From Somniosus microcephalus (Eukaryota), in assembly GCA_052327205.1 (NCBI GenBank), contig CM126202.1, positions 62,124,001 through 62,188,000 on the forward strand: a stretch of 64,000 nt of DNA, written 5' to 3'. Below, piece by piece: positions 27,126-40,487 of the stretch. How positions within the stretch are numbered: position 1 is the first letter of the stretch; the number at the start of each line of letters is the position of its first letter. Below the pieces are notes generated by a model that saw only the letters and a program-made list of their open reading frames with translations, made no database searches and had not been told where the DNA came from. A program made the position numbers and the translations under genes.

Positions 27126-28121
27126 AATGTGAATTTTTGGGTGGGAGGGAAGGAAAGACTTCCTTTTGAGGACCAAGTCAACAATTCCAGTTCAGGTACA
27201 ATAGTGATTTTTTGTGTTAAAAATCAAATCCTAAAAATGTGAATCTGAGTTAAATGACATATTTTGACTAATCTTTTTTCACAATTTAAACTGGCATTTA
27301 ATTTGTCTGTACATCAGCATATTGTCTAAAAGATGCACAAACTACATCCTCTTAATATTTATATGTGCTCAACGAAAAGCCTAAATTACTTTCTCCTGTC
27401 TCGCCAAAGGAGCGGAGACCAATTGTAGCACCTTGCTGCCACCCTGGTTGATGCTGGCTACCTTAGCAATGGCCAGGATGCTACATTAATGTAATGGGGC
27501 AGCTATGCCACCATCTTACATTGGTGTAAAGCAGTTTTTATGTGGCATTGATGCAAGGTGAACATTATAATTACATTGAAGTCATTTTCATTTGGGTTTT
27601 TTCCTAGTGTTGAGACCTTCTGGAGAAGATAGCGTATACAGCTTCAGCTGTTCACCAATTACAATACAACTGGGACTGGTGCAAAGCTCAATTTTTAAAC
27701 TTTTTGAGGTGTTGAACTATGTTTAGCATTCAAGTTGATAGTTGTACTGAAAGATCAGATACTCCCTGATGACTCCTTTCTAATTTAAATGTTTAAGTCC
27801 ACCTTCTCTGCCTAATTAGTGCTGTTGGCAGACAGTATCAGTCCAGTATAATTGCAGCTTGTGTTTTCTCGCTGAAGAGGGTAGCTAACAAAAGTCACAT
27901 TCAACATCTCACCAGCATTAATGCACAGAAGATTTTTGTTCATAGCTAATATGACTTTGGTTTGCCAGATTTCAACTCAACAGAACCTTAATCTATGAAA
28001 ATGTAAAGTTTTGTTGAATTATCCAGCTGTAATCATTCAAATTTTCTCAGATTTACCAACTGGGTGTGTTAAAACCGATATAACCGTTTTCTTGGTGAAA
28101 TCTAACAATATTGGAATACAT

Positions 28122-28856
28122 TGGGCCAGATTTTGCTGTAGCAGGGCATCTAATGCCATCTGCCGTTTGTTAAACTTGCCCCTGCACCCTTCAGCTCAAG
28201 TTGCTGAAAGTGCAAGCTGGTAACGGCGCAGCGAGGGAAACGGGACATCTGGGACCTGGGTGAACTGGGTATATCCTTAACCAATGAGATTGAAGAATTG
28301 GGAAATGAACAGCGGAAGGACTGAGCAGCAGGGTGAATTCAAGGGGGTGAATTCAATGTCAAATCAGGTACAGAGAGAAATTGAGAGGATAAGAAAGATT
28401 GGATTGAGAGAGAGGAAAAAATACAAAGGAAAAGTAAGAAATTACATTTAAAATTTGACATTTTTAGCATCTCCTAAAACAATACACATCCTGAAGGAAT
28501 GAGGCACCACATTTATAAGTTAATTTTTGGTGCCAGAGAGGTTGGTTGTCAATCTTTAACACTTATCATGTCATTAAAGAGGTACTTGCGCTTGTAATTT
28601 CTAGCCCTAAATATCTGCGGCAGGTTTAGTTCATGTCTGCTGTGCAAATACAGCAACTTTACAGCATTCAGTGCATGTCAATGGTGAGGCAGACAGCGAG
28701 ATGCAGTTTTTGGGCAGCTAACGGTGGAGCAGGACGGCACTTTTTGGATATTGGCATTTAACCGCACATCTCCCCGCCTGAAGTTGCTGTACCATTTATG
28801 CATAAATAACGACGAGCACCATTAGCCTCCCCGGTATTTTGACAGCAAATTCGCTC
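28122..28856. mobile_element. Harbinger-like TIR MITE
   Basis: Left gggccagattttgctgt..ctaatg vs right cattag..acagcaaattcgctc (degenerate inverted ends). Confidence 0.6.
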
Positions 28857-29104
28857 TTCTCCCCCTCCCCCCACAGCCATTATCTTAAAGTTGAATTTAG
28901 AAACTTAATCCCTAGCCTTTTGGCAACTCCAGACTTCTTACTGAGTTTTTGGCTCATGTGCAGATGGTGAAAGAAACCCTGGTATTGCAGTAATAAAGCT
29001 ACTCGGATGGCAGGAACAACTTTATTTCACTAATAAATCTATGCTGCTTTAGAACACAGTTTTAAATGGAATATTTTACATTTTGCCTGCTTTGTCTTCT
29101 CCTT

Positions 29105-29130
29105 ACACACACACACACACACACACACAC
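29105..29130 (+). repeat. (AC)13 microsatellite
   Basis: Read directly. Confidence 0.95.
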
Positions 29131-29164
29131 TTTGTTCCTCCCCTGTTATCTCCTCCCCTTCCTT

Positions 29165-29380
29165 GTAAGTGGCCATTATTTGTGTTTAGGCCTTGCAGTA
29201 GATGTCACTAGATAGCGATTAGGAGTAGGAGCCTTGGTTGATTGACACAACCTTAACCCAAGAGCACCATGGCCAATTGAAGCAACCCTGACTGAGATCA
29301 GCTAACTGAACACAGAATTAAGAGAAGTCCATGGTTGCATTCATGGTCTGTGTTATGTGCTGGGTAGACTTGTTGAGCTG
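29165..29380 (-). mobile_element. Old SINE (MamSINE1/AmnSINE2-like)
   Basis: Minus strand gttagctgatctcagtcaggg..caattggcc..ctcctaatcgctatctagtgac. Confidence 0.6.
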
Positions 29381-29933
29381 CCATTAGGAAAGCATTTTTA
29401 CTTTATTTCTAACTAATTCCTATTCTAACTTTAATATTTTTTCTCTATATATAAATACTTTATTTACCTGTTTTCCTGTGCCTACAGGGTCACCCTGTAC
29501 ATTTCAGAGCTGGGACCGACATTCTAAAACTTGGCCTGCAGTTGGCTGAAAGCTAGCTTCACAAGTCTGTTTTGCAACTAGTTTGAGGATCATGAACATG
29601 ATGCCCATTTTAACTTTTGTTGGAATTTCAGGCATCACTTGATGAATAATCTTGTGGCCACAGTAATTCCCCACCAAGGTTATTCAGTAGCAGTAATCCC
29701 CATCCAAAAAAGCCACTTAAATTAAAAAATTTTTGTTTTTTTTATTCAAAACTCTTGCAGAACCCTTAGTGAATGTAATGACCAGCATTGCAATCTTTCT
29801 CCACTCTCTGTATATCTAATTACACCAAATAAACGTCAACCATCTCTTTGCTCAGCGAAAGCCATTTCAGATACAATCTATGCTGTCAGCTTCATCCATG
29901 TAATGATAGCTAGTCTAAGGCTACTAAAAGTAT

Positions 29934-30470
29934 AGGGAAAAATTCAGGTGTTTGCGCCTCCCGTTAGCGTACTAATGGGGCGCAAAGCAACTAGCTCCCG
30001 GGCGCAGCAATGTTTGCGCCGCTCACGAAATTAACTAGACATTTTGTGGCGGCGCTAAACACTACCGCCATGATCTCCTGCGCCGGCAGATTGTGACGTC
30101 AGTCGAGTGCGTGGCGCCCCCTGCCTTACCGCCTGCTGCTACCAACAACCGGTTGAGGGAGCGTAATGCTGTCAAAGGGACTAGGGGAACGCTATTTAAA
30201 GGCGACCGCTTCCTGCCTTTTTTTGTCGGTGACATTTTTGCACCACGCATTCAGAGTGAGTGACTGGACTGACGCTCTGAGGTAGCGCCTTGCTCCTCGG
30301 CCTTTGCGCCTTACGACAGGTGTGAAGCGCCTGATTTAGCGCTCCAATCACCTCCAGGGGTGATAAAAGCCAAGTTTGCTGTCTGAGGCGATAATTAGCG
30401 CCAGGCACTAAACTTTGCGCACGTCTGATAATGTCGCCCCAAACGGGGCGATTCTGAATTTTCCCCCCCT
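29934..30470. mobile_element. Harbinger-like TIR MITE, CpG-rich
   Basis: AGGGAAAAATTCAG ... CTGAATTTTCCCC inverted ends; internal palindromes (gcgcctcccgttag..ctaatggggcgc; tcgccccaaacggggcga). Confidence 0.75.
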
Positions 30471-30710
30471 AGGTATTTTTATAATGTAGAACCCCAAAGC
30501 AGCATCAACTCTGAGTACAGGGTTGGATTTAAACATGTTACCAAAGGAGCTGGTGTTGTACATTATTGTACAGTACTATATTGTAGGTGTGAATGTTTTA
30601 TAGTATTTATATTCTGTTAGCTGGCGTACTATAGGTTTAATATATTATACTAATGTGTATATACATGTGAAAATGAAAACATTCTATTTTTTATACCCTT
30701 CCTGTTCTAG

Positions 30711-30791
30711 GAAAGCGAGAAAGAATTGGAAGAGACTGAGGAATACAAGGAAGCCCAGGCCACAATAGAATCAATCAAACTAGAAGCATAG
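30711..30791 (+). CDS. TBCA: TBCA last coding exon (ESEKELEETEEYKEAQATIESIKLEA*)
   Basis: cctgttctag| acceptor; matches TBCA C-terminus EKDLEEAEEYKEA...KLEA; TAG at 30789-30791. Confidence 0.96.
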   Translation, partial: ESEKELEETEEYKEAQATIESIKLEA

Positions 30792-30999
30792 AACCTATTT
30801 CTTAATTATAATGTTTTGTTATAAACATTTGCACTGTGGCCATTCCATTTTCCCCCACTTTCAGTTTTGGGCAGTATGACCCTGCCATTATTATGCTTGG
30901 GCTCTGATTGAATCCTGTGTAATCTGAGTCCTCTTACATTGGACAACAGACTGTGTACCCAAACAAATTTTGTGCCACATCATGGTGAAGTAATGAAAT

Positions 31000-31061
31000 A
31001 TTAAATAAACGTATGTGCTGACAATGAATTGTCTTAATTTGTGTTTGCACCTGACATTAAA
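31000..31061 (+). terminator. Probable TBCA polyadenylation signals
   Basis: AATAAA at 31004-31009 (overlapping ATTAAA at 31000) and ATTAAA at 31056-31061, about 210-270 nt after the stop, followed by T/GT-rich sequence. Confidence 0.6.
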
Positions 31062-32814
31062 ATACTTATTGCTAAGAGATCCCTTCCATTTTAACTTGAT
31101 GGATAAAGTGAGTGTATATTTTGTGGTCTGGCAACATGTTGTATTACAGCAACTGCTACATCATTGGCCAAGCATGCTGACAATATTTCTCTACAAAATA
31201 ACTTATCCAGGAACTGAGACGGCCTGCGACTGCTTTGTTTGTTTTCAGGTGATTTGATAACTGTTGTACTACCAAAACCACTTGGTATCAAAGTAAAAGT
31301 ACCATGTAACTCAGTAGTCTAGTCTCAATCAGACTTCTAAATATACTGCAGCCAGGATGTGTAACGCTGTGCACCACCAGGTGTAGCATAACTCCAGTCT
31401 AGTGCAAAGCCTCATACTCAAAATGCCCAGGTATTCCAGTGACCTGCTTGGGAACTCCTGTATGGATCTTTTCACCAGCCTTCTCGTAAGATTAAAAAAT
31501 TAACTTCTTGAGTGGCACAGTGCACATTTGTCCAAGCCGGCAGGCATGTACACTGTCCCCTTCTCACTAAGCTTAATGTAACTTGTTGACAGGCCAGCTG
31601 GTGGTGTAATTTGGGTCTGTTGGCTTTATACTGGTATTTGTAATATAATGGCAGCCAGCACCTGTCAGTTAGATTTGTAGCAGTAACAATAGTGTCAACA
31701 AAGTTTGAGGTTTTTTTTTTTTTGTTTTAATATTGCATCAGTTTAGAACAGTCCAGACTCATTCTGTGACTCACTGGCAAACTTGCAGTAGGCAAGGTTA
31801 TGTGCCCTGTGAATAATATAATGAGTTTTCTAAATATTGGATGTCACATTAGGAAGGAGTTGGGTCACATGACCTATTAAAGTATTAAACTTCCCATCAC
31901 ACTTAAATATTTTAATTATAATCCACTATTAATTATAATACTAAACAAGTGTTGTAGATTAAATGTGGAGGGCAATTTAAATAAACCTCCATTTGCTCTA
32001 GTAAAATCACACTCCTGGAGATAATCCTATTTCACAGCATAGCATATTCTCTAGTTACACAATAGCTGTTTTATATTTAACAGCCCTATAAGACTACAGC
32101 GTGACATGAAATTTATCACACTGTATGATGGAAATATCAGCTAGTTTTCTGTTTCTTCCTCGACTCATGCTGCAAATTGCTGTATTCAAGTTATTTTCAA
32201 AACCATTTGTGTCTGCTTTACATAGTTAAAGCAGCAAGACCATTGCTCATTTGGCAATCTTTTACAAGTTTCTGCTGAAAGCAGTGTTTGGGTCCTGCTA
32301 ATTTAATATGAGACTTATAAGATGCCCATTGATATCTGGAGCAAGTCAATGATCTCTCCTGTAACACAATGGAAAGTATTTTTAATAAAATCTTTTTTTG
32401 TTAGCGCTGTTGGAAATAATGTTATTTATTGCACTCCTAACTTGCTTTTGCTCTCTTTTTAAACTGTTGCAAGAAATGAACATTCTCAATTTGTGCAAAA
32501 GTGATGTTCTAACTCCAGTCAAACAGTGAAGGAAAACAGTGTCCCAAGGAATAAAACTCAATATAGCGTCACAAAAGTTAATGAACTCAAAGCATAAAAC
32601 ATAAATGACCACCTTGTGTAAATGGGACATTAAATATACCAATTTACTTTAATTCCTTGTAATAGTTGTGTTTTCCTGGACGTGTATTTGTTTCTATGAC
32701 TATTGGGTGTAATGAAACTCACGTTCACCTGAATGGTGACCTATGGCTTGGGACATTTGTTGAAGGCGCTATATAAATGATGATTGTGTTAAACACCACA
32801 AAAGTGGCAGTATG

Positions 32815-33237
32815 AGGGTGCATTTACACCGCAAGTTTAACGGCTGTGCCAAGTGATTTTAGCTTCATGCCGACTCAATTGTCGGTGTAACTCTAGAATC
32901 CGCACCCACTTGCCTCCGAGGGAAGCTGAAAGAGATACCCTGGGTACAGCAGTTTGGCACTGCATGGAATACAAATCCAGTGCGGTATCATCCCTGGTTT
33001 GTAAAGTGATTGGGGTCAATTGGACTCCCTGTGCACTTTGTAAACGTAGCTGACCTTAATTTAAATGCTTAGAGAGCACAGATTCTTCCTCGACATCTCC
33101 AAATATTACATTTTTTAACTGCTGGAAGAGAGTGAATGTATCCGGACAGAAACAGGATGAAATTCTAGCCAAGCCGAGTAAACGGAATTCTTCCGAGCTG
33201 GAGCCTGAGCAGTGCAGTTGTAGTGGAAATTCGCCCT
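32815..33237. mobile_element. Harbinger-like TIR MITE
   Basis: AGGGTGCATTTACACCGCAA vs reverse complement of the right end AGGGCGAATTTCCACTACAA (15/20). Confidence 0.65.
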
Positions 33238-33287
33238 GTAACACTCGAGAGATTATCAAGGGCACTGAAGCAGGCAGGTGTGAGAGC

Positions 33288-33304
33288 CCCTCCAGGGGGC
33301 GCTG
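33288..33304 (+). promoter_or_regulatory. CTCF consensus motif
   Basis: CCCTCCAGGGGGCGCTG matches the CTCF core CCnCCAGGGGGCGC. Confidence 0.6.
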
Positions 33305-33909
33305 TGGCACGGTTTCATAGAATGCATTATAACTCCAGTCTTAATGTCGATATATGACCTAACTCATCTCCGCCCATTTTGAAGCTGTACTGGCTTAACC
33401 TCATCATTTGACTAAAATTAGAATTTATTTTTCAAAACTGTGGTAATGATATGGACTAATGAATCCGATTTTTTACAACATAATTCTGTATGCGTGTCAA
33501 TCTCTGCAGGGTTAAGTGTTAACTATCAACAATCATAAACTTTCCTTTAATAAAACAAATTATTCTGCCTTCATACTGGCGTGTGAAATAAACTATTTTT
33601 AAAATGATTAACGCCTTTTTACATACCCATTTTACCCTGATTTCGATTTCCTTGTTAATCACACGCTTACTGCAACTGTTGCGAGAATAGGCGGTTATTT
33701 GCATTCCTTGGCTTGGAACACATTGAATGACACTAGTACATTTTGGGCAGGACAAGCTATGTTGGAAGTACAGTAATGCATTTAGTGGACAGAATTCATT
33801 GACATTGATGAAAATTGCTACTATACTGTAAAATATGTTGTTACAATACATTATGGAAACTGACCAATGGTTAGTAATCCATGTTCTGGTGGCGCGTGGT
33901 GCTATAGAG

Positions 33910-34345
33910 GAGCTCATCCAAAACTCTGCTGCTCCTATCCTAACTAGCAGCAAGTCCTGTTCACCCATCACCCCTGACCTACATTGGCTCCCAGTCCTGC
34001 AACGCCTCGATTTTAGAATTTCCATCCTTGTGTTCAAATCCCTCCATGGCCTCCGCCCTCTGCCAATTCTGGGCTTCCTAAATATTTCCACCTCCCATCC
34101 TTTAAGTCTCTCTTTAAAACCTACTCTTTGACCAAGCTAACAACAGAAAATGCTGGAAAAACTCAGCAGCCCAGGCAACATCCGTGGAGAGAAATTAGAG
34201 TCGACGTTTCGGCTCTAACCCTTTTTCAAAACACAAGCTTTTGGTCACCTGTCCGAATATCTCCTTCTGGGGCTTGGTGTCACATTTTGTTTGCGAACAG
34301 TTTGGGCCACTTCACCACTTTAAAGGCGCTGTACAAAGGCCGGTT
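33910..34345 (+). mobile_element. L2 3' fragment with a Penelope-type terminal fragment inserted at about 34139-34232
   Basis: LIQNSAAPILT..PITPDLHWLPV.QRLDFRI; the insert is flanked by duplicated CAAGCT and resembles 50170-50310. Confidence 0.8.
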
Positions 34346-37300
34346 GTTAAGGTGGTCCCTACCTGCGCCTCTGCATGGGATGGAAAGGTGTTTGGATTAA
34401 ATGGGAGGCTTGGAAACAAGAGTTTGGCAGGCCCCGCCTTTGGTGACCTGCGGAATCTGACCAAGGAGAAATGTACCATAATAGCACCGCAAAATCATAA
34501 AGCGCATTCGATTCCCCCGTCCGAAGCGCGGACACAAAACCAAACAAATTCTTGGGCCTGAGCCAGGAAGTGGGTCACTTGGACAAATGCAAGCAAATTA
34601 GGTCAGTCCTAGCAAATCAATAGCAGAGCAAACCTTGAAGGTAAAATGTTCAGACCAGCAAAATTCAATTTAGGAAGACCAGAGAATTGTACAGGTTGGT
34701 TGTATCAGAGTTTACCAAGAACCGTCTACACAGCCTGGCAGTAAGTTAATCCCAGTGAATTTCCGAGTTTGGGAAATGTGACTAGTTTTTGGATGAACCC
34801 CCTTTAAAATATTGTATAACATCACTTCCAGTGCAATGTTTCTGAAATCGGAATGTCTTTTGTTTTTCGTTTGCCCGACTCCCTCGCTAAACGTTGGATT
34901 TTTTTTTTAAAAGCAGCTTTTAAAAAACTCCTGTTCTGCCTCAGCCACAAACCCAGCCTCATTACCAGCGTTTAATGAGACCCCCGTACTCCGTGACATG
35001 CAGCCGCTCCATCTCATTAACGAAATCGCTCTTCAATGCTGATTATTTTATTTGGAGCCATAATTATATTTCTTTTGGCTGAATCACGATTTAATAGCGC
35101 ACACGTTCGGGGGCAGAGCGCCCCTTAATTGAAGGCTGCTTTGCGGCTGCGAAGGTTTAGCGGTGGTTGGATGCGGGGCGGGGCGGAGGTTTCGAGTGTC
35201 TGATCCGGCAAAGTGACTCCCTCACAGCCCCGCTCCATTCTCCTGGCCTCGGCAAAGAGAAAAAAAAAACATCCACACAAACAACTTATTACTTCTAATT
35301 CATGAACTGTCTGCGCTCTCACAAAATCACCTGCACGAAACAAGAATCTAATTTGTTAACCTGGCATTTCTGTAGATGGAAGATCGATTTTCTCTTTAGA
35401 ATTCTCTAATTGAGTGAATATAGACGCCCGAATTAGCTCAGTTGGAAAAAAGTCAACAAAAATCATCCTTGTAAAATAAGCCATATTACCTCTGGAATAG
35501 CCAAATAATAAACGAACGCGGATCGAAAGGTCCCTGATTGAATGACAGTCATATTCTGGAACTAACTGGGTTTTAAAAAGCAGAGCTGGGCACGGTGTTA
35601 GAATACTAACTAACCGAGCTGAGAATTGCTGGAATTACATTTGTTTTCTTGTGATATTATTAAAAGTCTATCCTCATCTCCAGAGTGCGTGAAAATATCT
35701 ACTTTCCACTCAGATACACCGCATTAACTTGTTCGAGGCGAATTTGTTTGTTTGTCTATTTTTATTTATTTGGGGAAAAGATTGATGTGTTGTTATTATC
35801 AGTATCTTGTTAAGAAGCAAATGGAGGGAGAAAGGACGCTGCTGGCGCTTCTTTAAGTTTTTGCCTAATTAAAGTATTTTTTTTAAACATTTTTTAAAAA
35901 AAGATTAACATTTCTGATCGTTTTATATTTGCTTCTCTGCGGTTGTTTACTTTCCTGGTTTTTGCATAAAATAAATAAAAAGCCCCCCCCCCAATCACTG
36001 GCTTGTTTTATATAACTGAATGACACAGAAAAGCATTGCTTTAATTTGCCGGCGAATTAAAATTGATTCTACTCATCAGGCAAGAAAATAAGAAAATGTG
36101 CGATCGTTAATTATTGTAGTGGACTCTTCATTTCAAACGCCAGGGGTCGGAATAAGCATTTTTTTTTAAAAATAAATAAAATCAAACATGGAATCAAACC
36201 AGGCGAATAGGCAAAGAAGATGAAGAAATCGCTAAATATCTGACTGAACGCATGGACGATTTCTGGAACTCTTACAACAGTTTATAATCCGTTTATTAGT
36301 GTGAATTATTTGCAGACCATTTATCAGTAAGACATAGCTAATACATGTATTCAGCCAAGAAATATATATATACAACACGAATATACCACGGTCAACATAT
36401 TTATACTGAAGTCGTTTTATTTATAAGACTTTTTTTTTCCAATTACATTTGGCCAATAACATTTCAAAATTAATTGTTTCCAAGGTGCGTGACCAATATT
36501 TAGAGGTTTGATGCTTATTTACGTTTTACTAGAAGGTATAGTATTTACAATTAATTATGTCTTGTATCGCTTTGTAGACTTCACACCATTCGAAATTTAG
36601 TTGGCCGGAATTTATGAAACATCAGACTGTTAGCTTTTATGAGCACATATGTAAAAAACAACAGAATAGCGGGAGTAATTTACAATATACACCAATCGGT
36701 CCTTTTAACCCGTTTTAACAAATTCAGCTTCTCTTCACCAGACAGGGGCACATGTAAACGGGAATATTGCAAAAAACAAGAACAATAATATTTCCAAATG
36801 TCTAGTTTCCGTACCTTTAATAAAAAAAAATCTGCGAGAGTTTATGTTCTGCGCTGCCCTTCTGTCTCTAGTTTAGTTCCTAACCGCGTTGTGTTTGTAT
36901 AAAATTGAATCTTTGTGTTCCATAAGAAACAAACTCAGTAAATAAATTATATTACGAGCAACCAATATGTTTTCAGGCAGTTACTTCACTGCTGCCGTTG
37001 GTGTGAATAACAATCTTGAGAGCTATTTAAAATGTGCTGAGCCCTTCCATAAACAGCCCCCTTTTTTTCCGGGTCTTTTGAATCCGATTCTGAAAACATT
37101 TTTACTTTTCTTTGGCCGCCTGGGGAAAATGTTGCTGCAGGAAACGTTCCAGAACCGAAAAATGCTGACAATTCTTTTGAGGATGATCGTGTAACGAGCT
37201 GCACTGAACAGGTCTTCGCAAAGCGCACCCATTCGGTAAGCGGCTGGTTTTGTTTCCTTACTCCCTACCCCAGCTTCTGCTAGAAACTTATTTACTCAAA

Positions 37301-39879
37301 AGTATATTTTCCACTGACAATCGCAGCCATGTGCCGCTCCCTGCCGCCAGTAAAAGTGGCTGTGCACAACTGTGAATCCACTCCAAGCTTTTAAAATTCA
37401 TTTCTGCTCGTGATCATCAGTTCAGATTAAATAAAACCTAGCAGATCCTTAGCACCGAATCTATTTTAGTTATTTAGACGGGACTTGTTCAAATTTTAAA
37501 ATGACATGTCCTTTCCTGAAAAAATAAACTATACACGAAATAAAACTTAAATGACAGAATCACAAGTTTGTCTGCATTTAAACTTTTCTTCTCCAGTCGT
37601 TGTTAATTATCCCTTGTTCTGTTTTTTCTTGTCCCTGCACTTTGCATCTTTATCAAAGTTCTCCATCACCGACCCCACCCCCCTCCAGTTTTTCTTCCCC
37701 CTTCTCTTTCGAATATGTAGGAAGTATACAAACCTGTACAAATATCGGTGTGTTTGTTCCGACATGAGACCCCACAGCGGTATAAGAAGTCATAAATGCA
37801 GCTGGTTATCAATCACTCGGCTGCCATTACCAGCCCGCAGTAAACAGCGAATAATAAAACCAATGATCGCTCTATAACACAAAATATACTTAACCGTAGC
37901 GTTACGTCGATACATTTTAATACCCATATAGCATCTCAATTTGAACTGAGTCGGTGAACAGAAAAGTAAACACAGAGATAATAATCATAACTCTGTTACA
38001 GCTTTCAAGTAAAATGCACATTTCTAACATGCTATTCCATTAACGACGTTTTTTTTTTAACAAACCACGTTTAAAAATACAACGAAAAGAATACATTCAG
38101 CCAGGTCCGCCCAACACCTGAGTCCTTCTCTTCAATGAGGATGCAGCTGTCGGCTTTGTAGGACTGAACTCCACGGGTTTTGGTTTTTGCGGCTTCTGGT
38201 AGTGGTACTGGGTTTTTTTCTAACAGTAGATTGCTCTTCTTTTCCCAGGTTCCAGTTCACGTTCGTTTCCTAATGTTATTGGCGCATATATCTAGATGTA
38301 TATACATGCACAAGAGGAGTTCTGAGCCCATCCCGAATGGACTGAAATGAGCAGGTACCACACACAAGTCTGGAGCCTCGGGATAGACGCCTGTGTGTCT
38401 GGCCGAGATCAGGATTACAACGCTCTGCTGTGGATCCTATCGCACTCACATTCATTCTGAAGACTGACGTGTCTAAAAGCAGAATTGAATAAATCTGGCC
38501 AAGGTGCAGAGAAAAGAACAAAAATGCACAATCTGCGCCTCGCCGCCTCCTTTGTCTGCTCCTCGCTATAAAGAGCTTTTTAAAAGCTCACTCTTGCATC
38601 TGCTTTAAGGCTTTACAAATGTTTGGTGCGAGTCATTAAATTGCTGCACGATTAGCCTATTGTACCTTATTTTAACCGACTTTATATAACACCCGTTTTG
38701 TACTTTTATTACCACTTAATAAATTCTCTTAATTGCATCAATTTTGTTTTTAAAAAATCAATCACAATCGAGATAAATTGTATCAATGAAGTACATCAGT
38801 CTCAATTGTGCCTTATTACCCATCTTAAGCATTGTTTTCTTGTGTTAAGTTAAATGTCTTCGAGGAGCTACACTCTCTCTAATACAAATACCATTGGAAT
38901 GGACTGGTTCCTACACCCATTACATCTGTACTGTAATCTGCTCTCTATTTCCACTGATATCATTCACAACAGCAGATTCTTTCGGTTGACAGCCAGGTCT
39001 AAACCAGTAGTAAATTAGTACACATTTATACTGATTTTATTTTAATAATCGTAATAAAAGCTTATAGATTTGGCACTAATTAGATAAATGCCTAATGATC
39101 TTGAAAATTACTCTGGTTTGAAATATATTACTAACAGAAACTTTGTTGTTGGCTGATTTTGGAAATCAGAATATTAGAAACGGATGACTTCACATGTTTT
39201 CACAGTTCTGTAAACTGTTCAAGCGACGATAAAGTTGTTAAAATCCATATTATTGATCATTTCCCGGTTTTTTTTTCAATACATAGGCTTGATTTTTGTG
39301 CCTCGTGCATAAGTTTCCACAAATATGCCTAGCCTCGAATATTTGTGAAGTGTTTAGTTGTACGGATATGGTGAGAAGCGAGAGCTTTCTCGTGGTATGT
39401 AATTATTACAGTGCATCCAGAAACGGATGCAGGTTGCCCATGAAATATAGAAAATCAAAACCTTTTGTAGACCACATTACACTTGGAAAAAAAGTTGAAT
39501 TCCTCCACCCGATTTTGTTATAAAAATATATAGCTTCAACAATATAACATTGTGGGGGAATAATTCCAGCCTTTATTGTATGTGTACGTACGATCTGCTA
39601 TAAAATTGTGATAACATCAATATTTAACTCTGAATCATAATAGATCACATTAAGGGATACGAAAGGAAGTGAGCAGATAAGGTATAGTTGGATAAATATA
39701 ATTCCTGTAATATTGGCTTTATTATGTTTGGTTTGTATCTATTATCCAAATTAGAACAGGTCATTTAAAGGCATAATATTTGACGTTGAAAGCTAATAAA
39801 TCAGATTTAGAAAGCAGAAATAGAATTGTAAATGTTCCGAGTGCTTTCTGAGTGGTTGGGGAGAGCTGCCTTGAGGCAT

Positions 39880-40114
39880 GCGTAATGGAGTCTCACTTTG
39901 CGCTGACATTTGCAACGTTGAGTTTTGATTGGCCCCTGATTTGGAGCTGCTCATGGGCTCATTCAACTGTTAAGCACCACCCCGTCCCTCTAAAGGAGAT
40001 TATAATGCAAGAGACCCCCTTTTACAACAAACAGAAATTTGTAGTTTTTTTTTGTATTTTTAAAAAAAAACCTCTCCGGTTTTTAGGGGGAATCTCACCC
40101 TGGAGCGGTGCGCC
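39880..40114 (+). promoter_or_regulatory. OTP proximal promoter and 5' UTR
   Basis: Inverted CCAAT (ATTGG 39928-39932), TATA/Inr-like ATTATAAT near 40000, Kozak-like cgccATG at 40115. TSS position is inferred. Confidence 0.6.
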
Positions 40115-40151
40115 ATGCTCTCTCACGCCGACCTCCTGGACGCTCGCCTGG
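40115..40151 (+). CDS. OTP: Orthopedia homeobox, coding exon 1 (MLSHADLLDARL-G)
   Basis: cgccATG start; peptide matches the vertebrate OTP N-terminus; donor |gtgagt at 40152, phase 1. Missed by the ORF track. Confidence 0.96.
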
Positions 40152-40487
40152 GTGAGTGTTTGCGCAAAACTCCGTTCCAAGAGAAAAATCTCTCTCTCTA
40201 GGAACGAGCCACCGGGGGCTGCTGGATAGCGGCTTCCACTCACAGGCTCCTCGTTATTCTGCTTTAATGCCGCGAAAATTAGTTAATTCTATCTAAAAGT
40301 AATTATTTTAGTTTCAAATTACTGCAATAATTTGATTTAGAATCAATCTAACGGAATTGTGCTTGTTATTTGAGTTAGGGAAATCTATCACTGATATTAA
40401 CAGCTGGTGGAAAGTTTTTTTCTTTTTCTCTTTTTTTGGGGATCATTATCTGATTTGTATTTGTTTTTGTTTTGTTTTCTTCACCAG

